A stretch of 64,000 nucleotides of DNA from an uncultured Rhodobacterales bacterium (lineage in GTDB: Bacteria > Pseudomonadota > Alphaproteobacteria > Rhodobacterales > Rhodobacteraceae). A program made the position numbers and the translations under genes. Location: assembly GCA_964575795.1 (NCBI GenBank), contig CAZNSP010000014.1, positions 22,886 through 86,885 on the forward strand, in the 5' to 3' direction. The notes under the pieces were generated by a model. That model saw only the letters and a list, made by a program, of their open reading frames with translations. It did no database searches and had not been told where the DNA came from. This document shows positions 10,652 through 21,892 of this stretch, piece after piece (the stretch's first letter is position 1; each line of letters begins with the position of its first letter).

Positions 10652-11311
10652 ATGCCGCTCGCCGATATCCAGTCCCGCATCGCCGCCGCCCTCGCCCGGG
10701 CCGAACGCCCTCTCGATGCCGTCACGCTGATCGCCGTCTCCAAGGTCCAGCCCGAGGACCGTGTCCGCGCCGTGCTCGAACAGGGCCACCGCACCTTCGG
10801 CGAGAACCGCGTGCAGGAGGCCGAGGGCCGCTGGCCACCCCTCCTCGCCGAATACGGCCCCCTCTCGCTGCACCTGATCGGACCGCTCCAGACCAACAAG
10901 CTGAACCGCGCGCTCGACCTCTTCCAGGCGATCCACACGCTCGACCGCGACCGCCTCGCCCGCAAGCTCGCCGACGCGGTGCAGGCCCGCGGCACCTGCC
11001 CCACCCTTTTCGTCGAGGTGAACACCGGCGCCGAGCCGCAGAAGGCCGGGGTGCTGCCCGACGCGGTGGACGCCTTCGTGCGCGCCTGTCGCGACACCTA
11101 TGCGCTGCCGATCGAGGGGCTGATGGCCATTCCCCCGGTGGACGAGGATCCCGCCCCGCATTTCGCCATGCTGCGCGACATGGCGGCGCGGAACGGCCTG
11201 ACCGGTCTCTCGATGGGCATGAGCGCGGATTTCGAGACCGCGATCGAGATGGGCGCCACGCATGTCCGCATCGGATCGGCGATCTTCGGCGCCCGCGCCT
11301 ACGAACCCTGA
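10652..11311 (+). CDS. yggS: PLP homeostasis protein YggS/PipY
   Basis: [42 protein letters not shown]. Confidence 0.95.
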   Translation: MPLADIQSRIAAALARAERPLDAVTLIAVSKVQPEDRVRAVLEQGHRTFGENRVQEAEGRWPPLLAEYGPLSLHLIGPLQTNKLNRALDLFQAIHTLDRDRLARKLADAVQARGTCPTLFVEVNTGAEPQKAGVLPDAVDAFVRACRDTYALPIEGLMAIPPVDEDPAPHFAMLRDMAARNGLTGLSMGMSADFETAIEMGATHVRIGSAIFGARAYEP

Positions 11312-11799
11312 CGCACGATCACCCGGCTCCGCGGCGTCCAGCGGGCCAGCACCCAGCAAAGGTCGCGGCGCGACAAGGCGATGCACCCCGCCGTCGGATG
11401 CCGCGGCTTGCGCCAGCAATGCAGAAAGATCGCGCTGCCCCGCCCCTTCACCACCGGATGGCGGTTCCAGTCCAGCACCGCCACCAGGTCGTACTGCCGG
11501 TCCGCCCGGCGCAGCGCCTCGTGGCTGAAGGCATGCGGCCGCCGGACCATCCGGTTGTAGGCAGGGTCCGTGGGGTCGTCGGACCAGCCGTCCGCCGGCC
11601 CGATCGCCCGGCCCTGCACGGCACCCGGGCCGCGATCCCGGCGCAGCAGCACCGCCTCGATCCGGTGCACGCCCGCCGGCGTGATCCCGTCGCCCTCGGC
11701 CCGCTTGCGCCCGATGCCGCCCCGGCCGACCGAGCAGGGCAGCATCCGGCCGCGAAACCGCGCGCCCCAGTGCCCGACGACCAGATCCTCCGCCCTCAC
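11299..11799 (-). CDS. L,D-transpeptidase (YkuD-like) family protein
   Basis: GTG start overlapping the ribA stop (GTGA); GSAIFLHCW...TAGCIAL (H-X15-C); EGDGITPAG. Confidence 0.85.
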   Translation of the reverse strand: MRAEDLVVGHWGARFRGRMLPCSVGRGGIGRKRAEGDGITPAGVHRIEAVLLRRDRGPGAVQGRAIGPADGWSDDPTDPAYNRMVRRPHAFSHEALRRADRQYDLVAVLDWNRHPVVKGRGSAIFLHCWRKPRHPTAGCIALSRRDLCWVLARWTPRSRVIVRQGS

Positions 11800-12887
11800 A
11801 GCAGATGGCCGCTCTTCGCCGCCTTGGTCCGCAGATAGCCGATGTTCTGCGCGGTGTGCCCCACCTTCAGCGGCACCCGCTCCACCACCTCCAGCCCGCA
11901 GGCGTTCATCATCGCCACCTTCGCCGGGTTGTTCGTCATCAGCCGCACCTTGCGGAACCCCATGGCCTTCAGCATCTCCGCCCCGGTCCGGAAATCCCGC
12001 TCGTCGTCCTCGAACCCCAGCCGATGGTTCGCCTCCACCGTGTCGAAGCCCTGGTCCTGAAGCGCATAGGCCCGCATCTTGTTGGCGAGGCCGATCCCCC
12101 GGCCTTCCTGGTTGAGATAGAGCAGCACGCCCGCCCCCGCCTCGCCGATCTGCGCGAGCGCGGCGCGCAGCTGCGGCCCGCAGTCGCATTTCAGGCTGCC
12201 CACCAGATCGCCGGTGAAACAGGCCGAATGCAGCCGGCAGAGCACCGGCTCCGCCCGGTCGGGACTGCCGATCTCGACGGCATAATGCTCTTCCGCGCCG
12301 TCCCGCGGACGAAACACCCGCACCCGTCCCGCCTCCGAGACCTCGAGCGGCACCCGCGCCGCCGCGACCTCGACCAGCGGCCAGCCGACCCGCGCCTCGC
12401 CGACCAGCCCCGCGTCGACCGCCTGCAACCCGTGCCGCGCGGCGAGCACCGCCGCCCCCTCGCGCGCCATCGGCAGCACCAGCGCCGCCGGCAGCAGATG
12501 CGCCTGCTTGCAGAGCGCCAGCGCGGCCCGGTGCAGTCCCGCATCGCCGCCGCGCCGGCTGACGAAGGGTCCCTTCATCGGCCAGGCGAGGTCCGAGGAC
12601 GGATCGGCCGTCGCCCGCACCCACGCCGCATCCGCCTCGTCCGGCACGACGATCCGGGCGAGGTCCTCGTCATAGGCCGTCGCCTTCAACGTCCCCGCCC
12701 GCCGCGCAGTCAGGGCGAGGTCAACCGCCCCGAGTGCGCGCAGGTCGGCCAGCCGGTCGGCGGTCGCCACCTCGCAGGCCACCACCAGCGCGCCGTCCTC
12801 CGCGCCGAGCAGCACCACCACCGCACCCATCCGCAGATCGGCGCGGGCACGGGCGAGTATCTCCTGCGATGTAAGGCCAAGACTCAT
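11796..12887 (-). CDS. ribA: GTP cyclohydrolase II with N-terminal DHBP-synthase-like extension
   Basis: RLHSACFTGD, SLKCDCG, QEGRGIGL, LMTNNP. Confidence 0.93.
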   Translation of the reverse strand: MSLGLTSQEILARARADLRMGAVVVLLGAEDGALVVACEVATADRLADLRALGAVDLALTARRAGTLKATAYDEDLARIVVPDEADAAWVRATADPSSDLAWPMKGPFVSRRGGDAGLHRAALALCKQAHLLPAALVLPMAREGAAVLAARHGLQAVDAGLVGEARVGWPLVEVAAARVPLEVSEAGRVRVFRPRDGAEEHYAVEIGSPDRAEPVLCRLHSACFTGDLVGSLKCDCGPQLRAALAQIGEAGAGVLLYLNQEGRGIGLANKMRAYALQDQGFDTVEANHRLGFEDDERDFRTGAEMLKAMGFRKVRLMTNNPAKVAMMNACGLEVVERVPLKVGHTAQNIGYLRTKAAKSGHLL

Positions 12888-13039
12888 TGAAACCCCTTCG
12901 CCGCGCCCCGGGCGGCTCCGCCGGTGTCACCGCGTGAAACATAACCCATGCGAGGGACACAGCTCCGTGAAATTCCATGCGCATATATTGCGCGCATCGC
13001 AAGGCTCAAACAGATCGATCACGAAATGGAGGCAGACCC

Positions 13040-13726
13040 ATGAGCAATCTGAAAAAGATCCTGATGGTCGACGACGATGCCGACCTGCGCGAAGCCCTTG
13101 CCGACCAGCTCGTGCTCACCGAGGAGTTCGACGTCTTCGAGGCCGAGAACGGCGCCGACGGCCTGAGCCGCGCCAAGGACCAGCACTACGACCTCGTCAT
13201 CCTCGACGTCGGCCTGCCCGACATGGACGGCCGCGAGGTCTGCCGGCTGATGCGCAAGCAGGGCGTGAAATGCCCGGTCATCATGCTGACCGGCCACACG
13301 ACCGACAGCGACCAGATCCTCGGACTCGACGCCGGCGCCAACGACTACATCGCCAAGCCCTTCAAGCTCCCGGTGCTGCTCGCCCGCATCCGCGCCCAGC
13401 TCCGCCAGCACGAACAGTCCGAGGACGCCGTCTTCGGGATCGGCCCCTACACGTTCAAGCCGTCCATGAAGCTCCTCTTCGACGAGAAGGACAGGAAGAT
13501 CCGGCTGACCGAGAAGGAAACCAACATCCTCAAGTACCTCTACCGCGCCAACAGCTCGGTAGTCGCGCGCGACGTGCTCCTGCACGAGGTCTGGGGCTAC
13601 AACGCCGGCGTCACCACCCACACGCTCGAGACGCATATCTACCGCCTGCGCCAGAAGATCGAGCCCGATCCCTCGAACGCCCGCATCCTCGTCACCGAAC
13701 AGGGCGGCTACCGGCTGGTGGCCTGA
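13040..13726 (+). CDS. OmpR-family DNA-binding response regulator
   Basis: ATG after GGAGG; receiver LMVDDD...LDVGLPDMDG...YIAKPF; winged helix TLETHIYRLRQKIE. Confidence 0.93.
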   Translation: MSNLKKILMVDDDADLREALADQLVLTEEFDVFEAENGADGLSRAKDQHYDLVILDVGLPDMDGREVCRLMRKQGVKCPVIMLTGHTTDSDQILGLDAGANDYIAKPFKLPVLLARIRAQLRQHEQSEDAVFGIGPYTFKPSMKLLFDEKDRKIRLTEKETNILKYLYRANSSVVARDVLLHEVWGYNAGVTTHTLETHIYRLRQKIEPDPSNARILVTEQGGYRLVA

Positions 13727-13734
13727 GCGGGGGC

Positions 13735-14163
13735 TCAGCCCGCGAAGGCGAGCACCGCGAAGAGGACGGCGAGCAGCGAGGACGCCCCCGCCGCGGGCCC
13801 GGGCTTCGGCAGCCGCGCCGCGGCGGCTGCATTGCCGCGGCGGACCTCGGCATGGGTCAGCCGGCTCGCCACCGCCGCCGCCGTCAGGGTCAGGATGAAG
13901 GCGAACTTGACCCGGAAGACCCCGGGCAGGCTGCCCGGGCCGTCCCACAGGTTCCAGACGAGGACGACGCCGCTCCCCCACAGGAGGGCGAGGCCTGTCA
14001 GCGTGACATTGGCGAACATCGGGCCGACCTCGCGCAGCGGACGCGCGGCTTCGGGCGGTACGGCCTTCGTCCGGCGCGCGATGAGCGCCGAAGCGAACCC
14101 TCCGGTCGCCCCGAGCATCAGCCCGACGAAATGCAGGAAGATCAGCGTCTGGTTCACCGGCAT
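13735..14163 (-). CDS. Four-helix membrane protein of unknown function; start uncertain (14157-14172)
   Basis: Four hydrophobic segments; LIFLHFVGL, F.VKFAFI; host-like codon usage. Confidence 0.55.
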   Translation of the reverse strand: MPVNQTLIFLHFVGLMLGATGGFASALIARRTKAVPPEAARPLREVGPMFANVTLTGLALLWGSGVVLVWNLWDGPGSLPGVFRVKFAFILTLTAAAVASRLTHAEVRRGNAAAAARLPKPGPAAGASSLLAVLFAVLAFAG

Positions 14164-14297
14164 CTCCGACAACGCCGGGGCAGCCTGGCGCGCCGCCGAC
14201 CCCGCGGCAACGCGCGGGACGGAACCCCTGCGGCCCTGATCCGCATCGTACTCCCCCCGGGGTTGTCTCGCTCGCCCCCCCGCGATATGAGCGCCGC

Positions 14298-15086
14298 ATG
14301 ACCGTCAGGATCGCCACCTGGAACATCAACTCGGTGCGCCTGCGCGAGGAGACGGTGCTGCGTCTCCTGCGCGAGGAGGCTCCCGACATCCTCTGCCTTC
14401 AGGAAACCAAGTCGCCGGTCGAAAAGCTGCCGCGCGACGGTTTCGCCGCGCTCGGCTACACCCACGCCGTCTCGCGCGGCGAAAAGGGCTACAACGGCGT
14501 GATGATCCTCAGCCGCCTGCCGATCGAGGACGCGGGCCACCGCCATTTCTGCGGCCGGTCCGACGCGCGCCACGTCGCCGGGCGGCTCGCCGACGGCACG
14601 GTGATCCACAATCTCTACATCCCCGCCGGCGGCGACGTGCCCGACCCCGGTGCGAACCCGAAGTTCCGGCACAAGCTCGACTTCCTCGACGAGTTGCGCA
14701 ACTGGTTCGCGGCCGAGCGCCCGCACAAGGCGATCCTCGTCGGCGACCTGAACATCGCCCCGCGCGAGGACGACGTCTGGAACCACAAGCAGCTGCTGAA
14801 AATCGTCAGCCACACGCCGGTCGAGACCGAGGGGATGGCCGCCATGCAGGCCGCCGGGAACTGGGTCGACGTGACCCGCAAGGACATCCCCCACGGCAGG
14901 CTCTATTCCTGGTGGTCCTACCGCAGCCCCGACTGGGACGCGGCCGACAAGGGCCGCCGGCTCGACCACATCTGGGCCACGCCCGATCTCGCCGCCCGCA
15001 TGGGCGGCAGCCGCATCGCCCGGCACGTGCGCGGCTGGGACCAGCCCTCCGACCACGCGCCGGTCTTCGCCGAGCTCGACCCGTGA
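14298..15086 (+). CDS. xthA: Exodeoxyribonuclease III
   Basis: ATWNINS, CLQETK, GDLNIAP, RRLDHIW, SDHAPV. Confidence 0.93.
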   Translation: MTVRIATWNINSVRLREETVLRLLREEAPDILCLQETKSPVEKLPRDGFAALGYTHAVSRGEKGYNGVMILSRLPIEDAGHRHFCGRSDARHVAGRLADGTVIHNLYIPAGGDVPDPGANPKFRHKLDFLDELRNWFAAERPHKAILVGDLNIAPREDDVWNHKQLLKIVSHTPVETEGMAAMQAAGNWVDVTRKDIPHGRLYSWWSYRSPDWDAADKGRRLDHIWATPDLAARMGGSRIARHVRGWDQPSDHAPVFAELDP

Positions 15087-15826
15087 TCGAGGAGCGCCTC
15101 GACGGCGCGATCGGCCGCATCACGCTCGACGCGCCCGCGGCGCACAACGCCCTCGACCAGGCCGCCATGCGGCGGCTGACGGCGCTGCTCGACGACTGGG
15201 CGGGGCGCGACCTGCGGGCGCTCGTGCTGACCGGCCGCGGACGCAGCTTCTGCGCCGGCGCCGCCCTCGGCGACGTCGGAGCGGCCGACTGGACCGAGAA
15301 CCCGCTGACCCGGCTCTGCGACCGGCTCGAGGACTTCCCCGCGGTCACCGTGGCGGCGCTGAACGGCGGGGCCTACGGCGGCGGCGTGGAACTCGCGCTC
15401 TCCTGCGACTTCCGCGTGGGCGTCACCGGCATGCGCGCCTTCGTCCCGCCCGCCCGGCTCGGCATCCACTACGAGCCCGCCGGCATCCGCCGCGCGATCG
15501 ACCGTCTCGGCAGCCAGACCACGCGGCGGATGTTCCTGCTGGCCGAAACCTTCGGCGACGAGGCGCTGCTGGCGGCGGGCTTCCTCGACCATCTGGTGGC
15601 GCCGGAGGCGCTCGAAGCGAAAGCCCTCGAGATCGCCGAGACCGCCGCCGCCCTCGCCCCGCTCGCGGTGCAGGGCATGAAGCGGACCATCGTTGAGTTG
15701 TCCCGCGGAACGCTCGATACCGCGGCGGCGCGCGCACGCATCGCCGCCTGCTTCGCCTCGGCCGACCTTGCCGAGGGCCTCGCCGCCCAGCGCGAGAAGC
15801 GCCCGCCGGTCTTCCAGGGCCGCTAG
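15083..15826 (+). CDS. Enoyl-CoA hydratase/isomerase family protein
   Basis: GTG start overlapping the xthA stop; SFCAGA, NGGAYGGGVELALSCD. Confidence 0.88.
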   Translation: MIEERLDGAIGRITLDAPAAHNALDQAAMRRLTALLDDWAGRDLRALVLTGRGRSFCAGAALGDVGAADWTENPLTRLCDRLEDFPAVTVAALNGGAYGGGVELALSCDFRVGVTGMRAFVPPARLGIHYEPAGIRRAIDRLGSQTTRRMFLLAETFGDEALLAAGFLDHLVAPEALEAKALEIAETAAALAPLAVQGMKRTIVELSRGTLDTAAARARIAACFASADLAEGLAAQREKRPPVFQGR

Positions 15827-16434
15827 CCGCCCTGCTGCCGCCGGTTCAGCTCGGCCATCTCGATGTTGAACAGGGTGCGCTCGAGCGCCACGTTCGTCTG
15901 CATCTCGGTCAGAGCCACCTGGGTCCGTTGACCCTGGGCCGTGGTGATCACCCATTCGCGCAGCACGATCGGGTTGTCGCCGAAGGTCATCACCATGCGG
16001 CCGTCCTGCGGCGCGCGCGGATCGACGACGGTGATATGCGTGCCCCGCTCGTCCCTCGTCGCGCCCAGCACCATTCCCGGCTCGCGCAGGCTCAGATCCT
16101 CGCGCAGGAGCAGGCCGAGCGGCGTGCGCCCCAGCGGATAGCGCGATGACACCCGCGTCGACTTCGGATCGAATACGGCCACGTTGATGCCGTCGGCGAT
16201 CACCATCGAATTCGCCGGAGTGTCGTATTCGAAGCGGATCCGCCCCGGCTTCTGAAGGAAGAACGCACCGGTCTGGACCGAGCCGTTCGGATTGACCTGC
16301 CGGAACCGGCCCCGGGCGCTGCGCAACCGGTTGAGATAGGTGTTGATCGCCGAGACGTCGACGCCCTGCGCCACCGACGGCAGCGGCATCAGCGGAAGGA
16401 GCGCCAGTGCGCCGAGAAGGGTCCTGCGGTTCAT
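15823..16434 (-). CDS. lolA: Outer-membrane lipoprotein carrier LolA
   Basis: Start MNRRTLL; F.Q, KPGRIRFEY, TPLGLLL; downstream of ftsK. Confidence 0.88.
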   Translation of the reverse strand: MNRRTLLGALALLPLMPLPSVAQGVDVSAINTYLNRLRSARGRFRQVNPNGSVQTGAFFLQKPGRIRFEYDTPANSMVIADGINVAVFDPKSTRVSSRYPLGRTPLGLLLREDLSLREPGMVLGATRDERGTHITVVDPRAPQDGRMVMTFGDNPIVLREWVITTAQGQRTQVALTEMQTNVALERTLFNIEMAELNRRQQGG

Positions 16435-16511
16435 GCCCCCGATATAGCCTTTGCGCGCCGCCCACGCACCGGGCCGCCGCTCACTTGTGCGACAGCCCGG
16501 CGTGATCCCGC

Positions 16512-19127
16512 TCACCGTTCCGGCACCAGCACCTCGCGCTTGCCGACGTGGTTGGCCTGGCTGACCACGCCCTGTTCCTCCATCAGTTCCACGAGCTTCG
16601 CCGCCTTGTTGTAGCCGACGCCGAGCTTGCGCTGGATGTAGGAGGTCGAGCACTTGCGGTCCTTGGCGACGATCGCCACCGCCTGATCGTAGAGCAGGTC
16701 GTCGCCCGTGGTGTTGCCGCCGAGGCCGAGCACCAGGTCGATCTCGGATTCCTCCTCGGCATCGGGTCCCTCGACCACGCCCGCCTCGTATTTCGGCGCG
16801 CCATAGGCCTTCAGATGCGTCACCACCTCCTCGACCTCCTCGTCCGAGACGAAGGGCCCGTGCACGCGGGTGATCCGCCCGCCGCCCGCCATGTAGAGCA
16901 TGTCGCCCTGCCCGAGCAGCTGTTCGGCCCCCATCTCGCCGAGGATCGTGCGGCTGTCGATCTTCGAGGTGACCTGAAAGCTGATCCGCGTCGGGAAGTT
17001 CGCCTTGATCGTGCCGGTGATCACATCGACCGAGGGCCGCTGCGTCGCCATGATCAGGTGGATGCCCGAGGCCCGCGCCATCTGCGCCAGCCGCTGGATG
17101 CAGGCCTCGATCTCCTTGCCGGCGACCATCATCAGGTCGGCCATCTCGTCGACGATGACCACGATGAAGGGCATCGTCTCGGGCAGGAACGACTCGGTCT
17201 CGAACATCGGCTCGCCGGTGTCCTCGTCGAATCCGACCTGCACCGTGCGGGTGAAGCCCTCGCCCTTCTCCAGCGCGTCGCGGACCCGCGCGTTGAAGCC
17301 GTCGATGTTGCGCACGCCCATCTTCGACATCTTGCGGTAGCGCTCTTCCATCTCGGCCACGACCCACTTGAGCGCGACCACCGCCTTCTTCGGGTCCGTC
17401 ACGACCGGCGACAGGAGATGCGGAATGCCGTCATAGACGCTCAGTTCCAGCATCTTCGGGTCGATCATGATCAGCCGGCATTCCTCCGGCGACAGCCGGT
17501 AGAGCAGGCTCAGGATCATCGTGTTGATCGCCACCGACTTGCCCGAGCCGGTGGTCCCGGCGATCAGCAGGTGCGGCATCCGCGCGAGGTTCGCCACCAC
17601 CGGCTCGCCACCGATGTCCTTGCCGAGCGCCAGCGGCAGGGCATGGGCGCTGTCGCCGAATCCCTTCGCCGACAGGATCTCGCGCAGGAGCACCTTCTCG
17701 CGCAGCTCGTTCGGCAGCTCGATGCCGATCACCGACCGCCCCGGAATGGTCGAGACGCGGCAGGCGAGCGCCGACATCGAGCGCGCGATGTCGTCGGAGA
17801 GCCCGATCACCCGGCTCGCCTTCAGCCCCGCCGCCGGCTCCAGCTCGTACATGGTGACGACCGGCCCCGGACGGATCGCCACGATCTCGCCGCGCACCCC
17901 GTAGTCGTCGAGCACGTTCTCGAGCATGCGGGCATTCTCTTCCAGCGCGTCCGAGCTCAGGTGATGGCGCACGATGGTGGCGGGGTTCTGCAGGAGCGAA
18001 AGCGGCGGCGTCCGATAGGCCTCCGCCGCATCCTCCTCGAGCGCGAGCTGCGGCTGTTCCTCCGACTTCGCCCGGGCGCTCTTGGCGAGCGGCTTCGGCA
18101 CCGCCTTCTGCACGCGCGGCTCCGCCACCACCTCGGCCCCGGCCGCCGCCGCGCGCAGCGGCGGCACATCTGCCGGGTCGTCGTCAAGGACGTCCGCGGC
18201 GGTCAGCGGCGGAATGGTCCGCAGGCCCGTCCGCGGCGCCGCGACCTCCGGCTCGGTCCGCGAGCGCACCGCCGCGCCGATCCGCGCCATCATGCCGTCC
18301 TCGGCGACGCGCATCGCGGCCGGGTCGTAGCGCGGGATCGCGCCGGCACCCGAGCCGGGCTTCGGCAGGTCCGGATCCGACGGCTCCATCCGGCCCGCGC
18401 GCGCCGCCTGGGCCGCCAGCGCCAGCTCGCGCGCCTGCCGCGCCCCGCGCGTTGCGCCGCTGACCGCACCGCTCACCGCCTGGCCGGTCAGGCGCAGGAT
18501 TCCGGCATAGACCAGCACCGAGCCCTGCTGCACGAAACGGGCGAAGGCGGTGAACTCGGCCCAGTTCACGCCGAGCGCATAGGCCGAGGTCAGCACGAAG
18601 ACGATGCCGAGCCCCAGCGTCGCGATCAGGAGCGCGGTATGCAGCTCGAAGGGCAGCGCCGTCATCACGCTGGCCACCGTTGCATCGCCCAGGAGGCCGC
18701 CCAGCCCGTAGCCATGCGGCCAGCCGTCGGGCGGCACATGGGTCGAGGCGAAGGCCGCCGCGGCGAGCAGCGCCGCCGGGCTCAGGATCGACCGGCTCAC
18801 CGCGCGGGTCTCGCCCTGGTGCAGCACCAGCCGCAACCCCCAGACCCCGAAGACCAGCGCCGGGCCATAGGCGGCCCAGCCGAGCGCCCGGTGCAGCGGA
18901 TCGGCGATCGAGGCGCCGATCAGGCCCAGCGCGTTCTGCGGCGCCGCGTCGGTCGCGCTGAAGAGGCTCGGGTCATCCGGCGAATAGCTCCAGACGATCA
19001 GCCCGAAGATGGCCCCGATCCCCAGCAGGATCAGGCCCAGAAGCTCCGCCCCGCGGCGGCGCAGCGCCTCCTCGGTGTCGCTCTCGACCAGTCTCGCCCG
19101 GCGCTTGCCCTTGGTGCGTACGGCCAT
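16512..19127 (-). CDS. ftsK: DNA translocase FtsK
   Basis: N-terminal TM domain; GTTGSGKS Walker [17 protein letters not shown], gamma domain. Confidence 0.97.
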   Translation of the reverse strand: MAVRTKGKRRARLVESDTEEALRRRGAELLGLILLGIGAIFGLIVWSYSPDDPSLFSATDAAPQNALGLIGASIADPLHRALGWAAYGPALVFGVWGLRLVLHQGETRAVSRSILSPAALLAAAAFASTHVPPDGWPHGYGLGGLLGDATVASVMTALPFELHTALLIATLGLGIVFVLTSAYALGVNWAEFTAFARFVQQGSVLVYAGILRLTGQAVSGAVSGATRGARQARELALAAQAARAGRMEPSDPDLPKPGSGAGAIPRYDPAAMRVAEDGMMARIGAAVRSRTEPEVAAPRTGLRTIPPLTAADVLDDDPADVPPLRAAAAGAEVVAEPRVQKAVPKPLAKSARAKSEEQPQLALEEDAAEAYRTPPLSLLQNPATIVRHHLSSDALEENARMLENVLDDYGVRGEIVAIRPGPVVTMYELEPAAGLKASRVIGLSDDIARSMSALACRVSTIPGRSVIGIELPNELREKVLLREILSAKGFGDSAHALPLALGKDIGGEPVVANLARMPHLLIAGTTGSGKSVAINTMILSLLYRLSPEECRLIMIDPKMLELSVYDGIPHLLSPVVTDPKKAVVALKWVVAEMEERYRKMSKMGVRNIDGFNARVRDALEKGEGFTRTVQVGFDEDTGEPMFETESFLPETMPFIVVIVDEMADLMMVAGKEIEACIQRLAQMARASGIHLIMATQRPSVDVITGTIKANFPTRISFQVTSKIDSRTILGEMGAEQLLGQGDMLYMAGGGRITRVHGPFVSDEEVEEVVTHLKAYGAPKYEAGVVEGPDAEEESEIDLVLGLGGNTTGDDLLYDQAVAIVAKDRKCSTSYIQRKLGVGYNKAAKLVELMEEQGVVSQANHVGKREVLVPER

Positions 19128-19133
19128 TCCGTC

Positions 19134-20336
19134 CTACCCTCTCACTGTCTCGGCCGCGGTGCCGAGCACGTCGCGGATCGCCTCCAGCCCGCGCTCCACC
19201 GCCCCGGCCTCCGCGACCAGCGCCACGCGTATGTATTCCCGTCCCGGATTGCTGCCGTCGGGCATGTCCCGCGACAGGTATTCGCCGGGCAGCACCCGCA
19301 CCCCGGCCGCCTGCCACAGCCGCAGCGCCGCCGCCTCGCCGTCACCCACGCGCAGCCACAGGAAGAACCCCGCGCGCGGCGGCAGATAGCCCGGCATGCC
19401 GCCGAGGATGCGGTCCGCCATGTCGAACTTCGCGGCATAGAGCGCCCGGCTCTCCGCCACATGCGCCTCGTCCCGCCAGAGCGCCGTCGCCGCGTGCTGC
19501 AGCGGCAGCGGCAGCGGCGCACCGCCATAGGCGCGCAGCTGGCGCATCGCCGCGATGCTGCGCGGCCCGCCGGCGGCAAAGCCCGACCGCAGCCCCGGCA
19601 CGCTCGACCGCTTGGAAAGCGAATGGAACACCACGACCCGCTCTGGATCGGCCCCCGCGGCCGCGGCCACCTCCAGCATCCCCGGCGGCGGCTCGTCGCG
19701 ATAGATCTCGGAATAGCATTCGTCGGCGAGGATGCGGAAATCGTGCCGCTCGGCCAGCGCGAGCAGCGCCCGCCAGTAATCGGCCGAGGCCACCGCGCCC
19801 TGCGGATTGGAAGGCGAGCAGACGTAGCAGAGCGTCACCCGGTCGAGCAGCGCGGGATCGAGCGCGGCGAAATCCGGCAGGAACCCCGTCGCCTCGGTCG
19901 CCGGCACCTGCACCGGGTCGGCCCCGCAGGCCCGTGCCGCCGCCGCATAGCACTGGTAGAACGGGTTCGGCATCAGCACCGCCGGCCGCTTCCCCGCCTT
20001 CGTCTCGGGCGAGAGCGCCAGCGCCGCGTTGAACAGGCCCTCGCGCGTGCCGTTGAGGGCGATCAGCCGCTCCGGCCCGACCGCCACGCCATAGCGCATC
20101 TGCAGCCAGTCCCCGATTGCGCCCAGCAGGCCCGGCGCGCCCTCGTTCGGCGGATAGAGCCCGAACTCCGCCGCATGCTGCGCCACGATCCGCGCCACCA
20201 GTTCCGGCACGCCGTGCTGCGGCTCGCCGATCGACATGGCGAGCACGGGGCCACCGGCCTGCGTCCCGTCGAGCAGGCGCCGCAGCCGCGGAAAGGCATA
20301 CTCCGGCAGATCGGAGAACCGCTCAGGAAACTGCAT
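19134..20336 (-). CDS. PLP-dependent aminotransferase class I/II (DapC-like)
   Basis: SIGEP, PNPFY, SPSNPQG, ADECY, SLSKRSSVPGLRSG. Confidence 0.9.
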   Translation of the reverse strand: MQFPERFSDLPEYAFPRLRRLLDGTQAGGPVLAMSIGEPQHGVPELVARIVAQHAAEFGLYPPNEGAPGLLGAIGDWLQMRYGVAVGPERLIALNGTREGLFNAALALSPETKAGKRPAVLMPNPFYQCYAAAARACGADPVQVPATEATGFLPDFAALDPALLDRVTLCYVCSPSNPQGAVASADYWRALLALAERHDFRILADECYSEIYRDEPPPGMLEVAAAAGADPERVVVFHSLSKRSSVPGLRSGFAAGGPRSIAAMRQLRAYGGAPLPLPLQHAATALWRDEAHVAESRALYAAKFDMADRILGGMPGYLPPRAGFFLWLRVGDGEAAALRLWQAAGVRVLPGEYLSRDMPDGSNPGREYIRVALVAEAGAVERGLEAIRDVLGTAAETVRG

Positions 20337-20426
20337 TCACGTGCCTCGTTCGCCGGGATCTGGACGCCCCGATCTTGGCCGGGAGTGTAGCCCGCGAAGC
20401 CCAACAGGTCCAGCGGCTTGCACCGC

Positions 20427-21752
20427 TCAGGTTAAGGCGGCCTCCATCGCCGCGCCCAGCCGCAGCAACGCCCGGTCGCGCCCCGGGGCGGCCATGGCCA
20501 TCACCCCGCAGGACGGCATGTCCGTCGGCAGGGTCAGCGCACACAGCCCCATCAGGTTGCCCACCACCGTGTTGCGCAGCGCCAGCACGTTCTCGGAGCG
20601 ATAATGGTCCGACTCGGCCAGCAGCCGCTCGACATTCGGCGGCAGGTTCGCCGTCGTCGGCAGGATCACCGCGTCATAGCCCGCCGTCGCCGCGTGATAC
20701 TCGCCGCGCAGGCGCTCGAGCTTGCGCAGCGCCTCGACGTACTGCGCGCCGGTGAAGGCGGCCCCGGCCCGGAAACGGTCCCGGATCTGGTGGAACATCA
20801 CGTCGGACCGGGCCTCGATCAGCGCGCCCCATTCCCCGTAACCCTCGGTGGTATAAAGGCAGGCCGGCAGCGGCAGCGCCTCGACCACGCAGTCGAGCGC
20901 CCGCCGCTCGATCCGCGCGCCCGCCGCCTCGAGCCGCCCCACGGCGTCCTCGAAGGCGGCCTCCGGCGCCTCGCGCAGCGGGCCGATCCCCTCCAGCACC
21001 ATCAGCCGCACACCATCGAGCCGGGCGCCCTCCAGATCCGCCGGCGCCTCGCCCGCCAGCACCGCGAGCAGGAGAGCGGCATCCTCGACCGTCCGGCAGA
21101 GCGGCCCGACCGTGTCGAACCGCCGCGCCAGCGGCACCACCCCGTCCATCGGCAGCAGACCATGCGTCGTCTTCAGCCCGACCAGATCGTTCCACGCCGC
21201 CGGGATCCGCACCGAGCCGCCGGTGTCCGACCCGATTCCCGCCGCCGCCAGCCCGAAGGCGACCGATGCCGCCGCACCCGAGGAAGACCCGCCCGGCGCC
21301 AGTTCCGGATCATTGATGTTCGGCGGCGTCGCCGTCACCGGGTTGACCCCGAGCCCCGAGAAGGCCAGCTCGCTCAGATGGGTCTTGCCGAGACAGACGA
21401 GGCCCGCACGGCTCGCCCGCGCCAGGACCTCCGCATCGCGCCCCGGCACCCGCCCCTTCAGGAGCGCCGATCCCGACTCGGTCTCCACGCCCGCGCTGTC
21501 GAACAGGTCCTTCCAGCTGACCGGCACCCCGTCGAGCGGCCCGCGCCGCACGCCCGCCCGCGCCCGCTCGGCGGCCGCATCGGCCTCGGCGCGCGCCCGC
21601 TCGGGCGTGGTCCGGGCATAGATGCCCTCGGTCTGCGGATGGGCGTCGATCGCCGAGAGATAGACCTCGGTCAGCTCCCGCGGATCGATCCGGCCTTCGC
21701 CGATCCCCCGGCCCAGATCCGCGGCGCTCATCCAAAGCCAGCTGTCCGACAT
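20427..21752 (-). CDS. Amidase signature family protein
   Basis: KD motif, GGSSSG, GSDTGGSVRIPA. Confidence 0.92.
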   Translation of the reverse strand: MSDSWLWMSAADLGRGIGEGRIDPRELTEVYLSAIDAHPQTEGIYARTTPERARAEADAAAERARAGVRRGPLDGVPVSWKDLFDSAGVETESGSALLKGRVPGRDAEVLARASRAGLVCLGKTHLSELAFSGLGVNPVTATPPNINDPELAPGGSSSGAAASVAFGLAAAGIGSDTGGSVRIPAAWNDLVGLKTTHGLLPMDGVVPLARRFDTVGPLCRTVEDAALLLAVLAGEAPADLEGARLDGVRLMVLEGIGPLREAPEAAFEDAVGRLEAAGARIERRALDCVVEALPLPACLYTTEGYGEWGALIEARSDVMFHQIRDRFRAGAAFTGAQYVEALRKLERLRGEYHAATAGYDAVILPTTANLPPNVERLLAESDHYRSENVLALRNTVVGNLMGLCALTLPTDMPSCGVMAMAAPGRDRALLRLGAAMEAALT

Positions 21753-21892
21753 CTCCGTCCCCGCATTGCGCCGGTCCCCGGCCCGTGCCGCAGGTTAGAA
21801 CCGGAGCGCGGCGCTTGGAAACCGGTTTTTCACCGCCCGGCGCACCAACGGCGCGGGATGGACAATCGCCCGCCGCCGCCCATACTTGCGGC

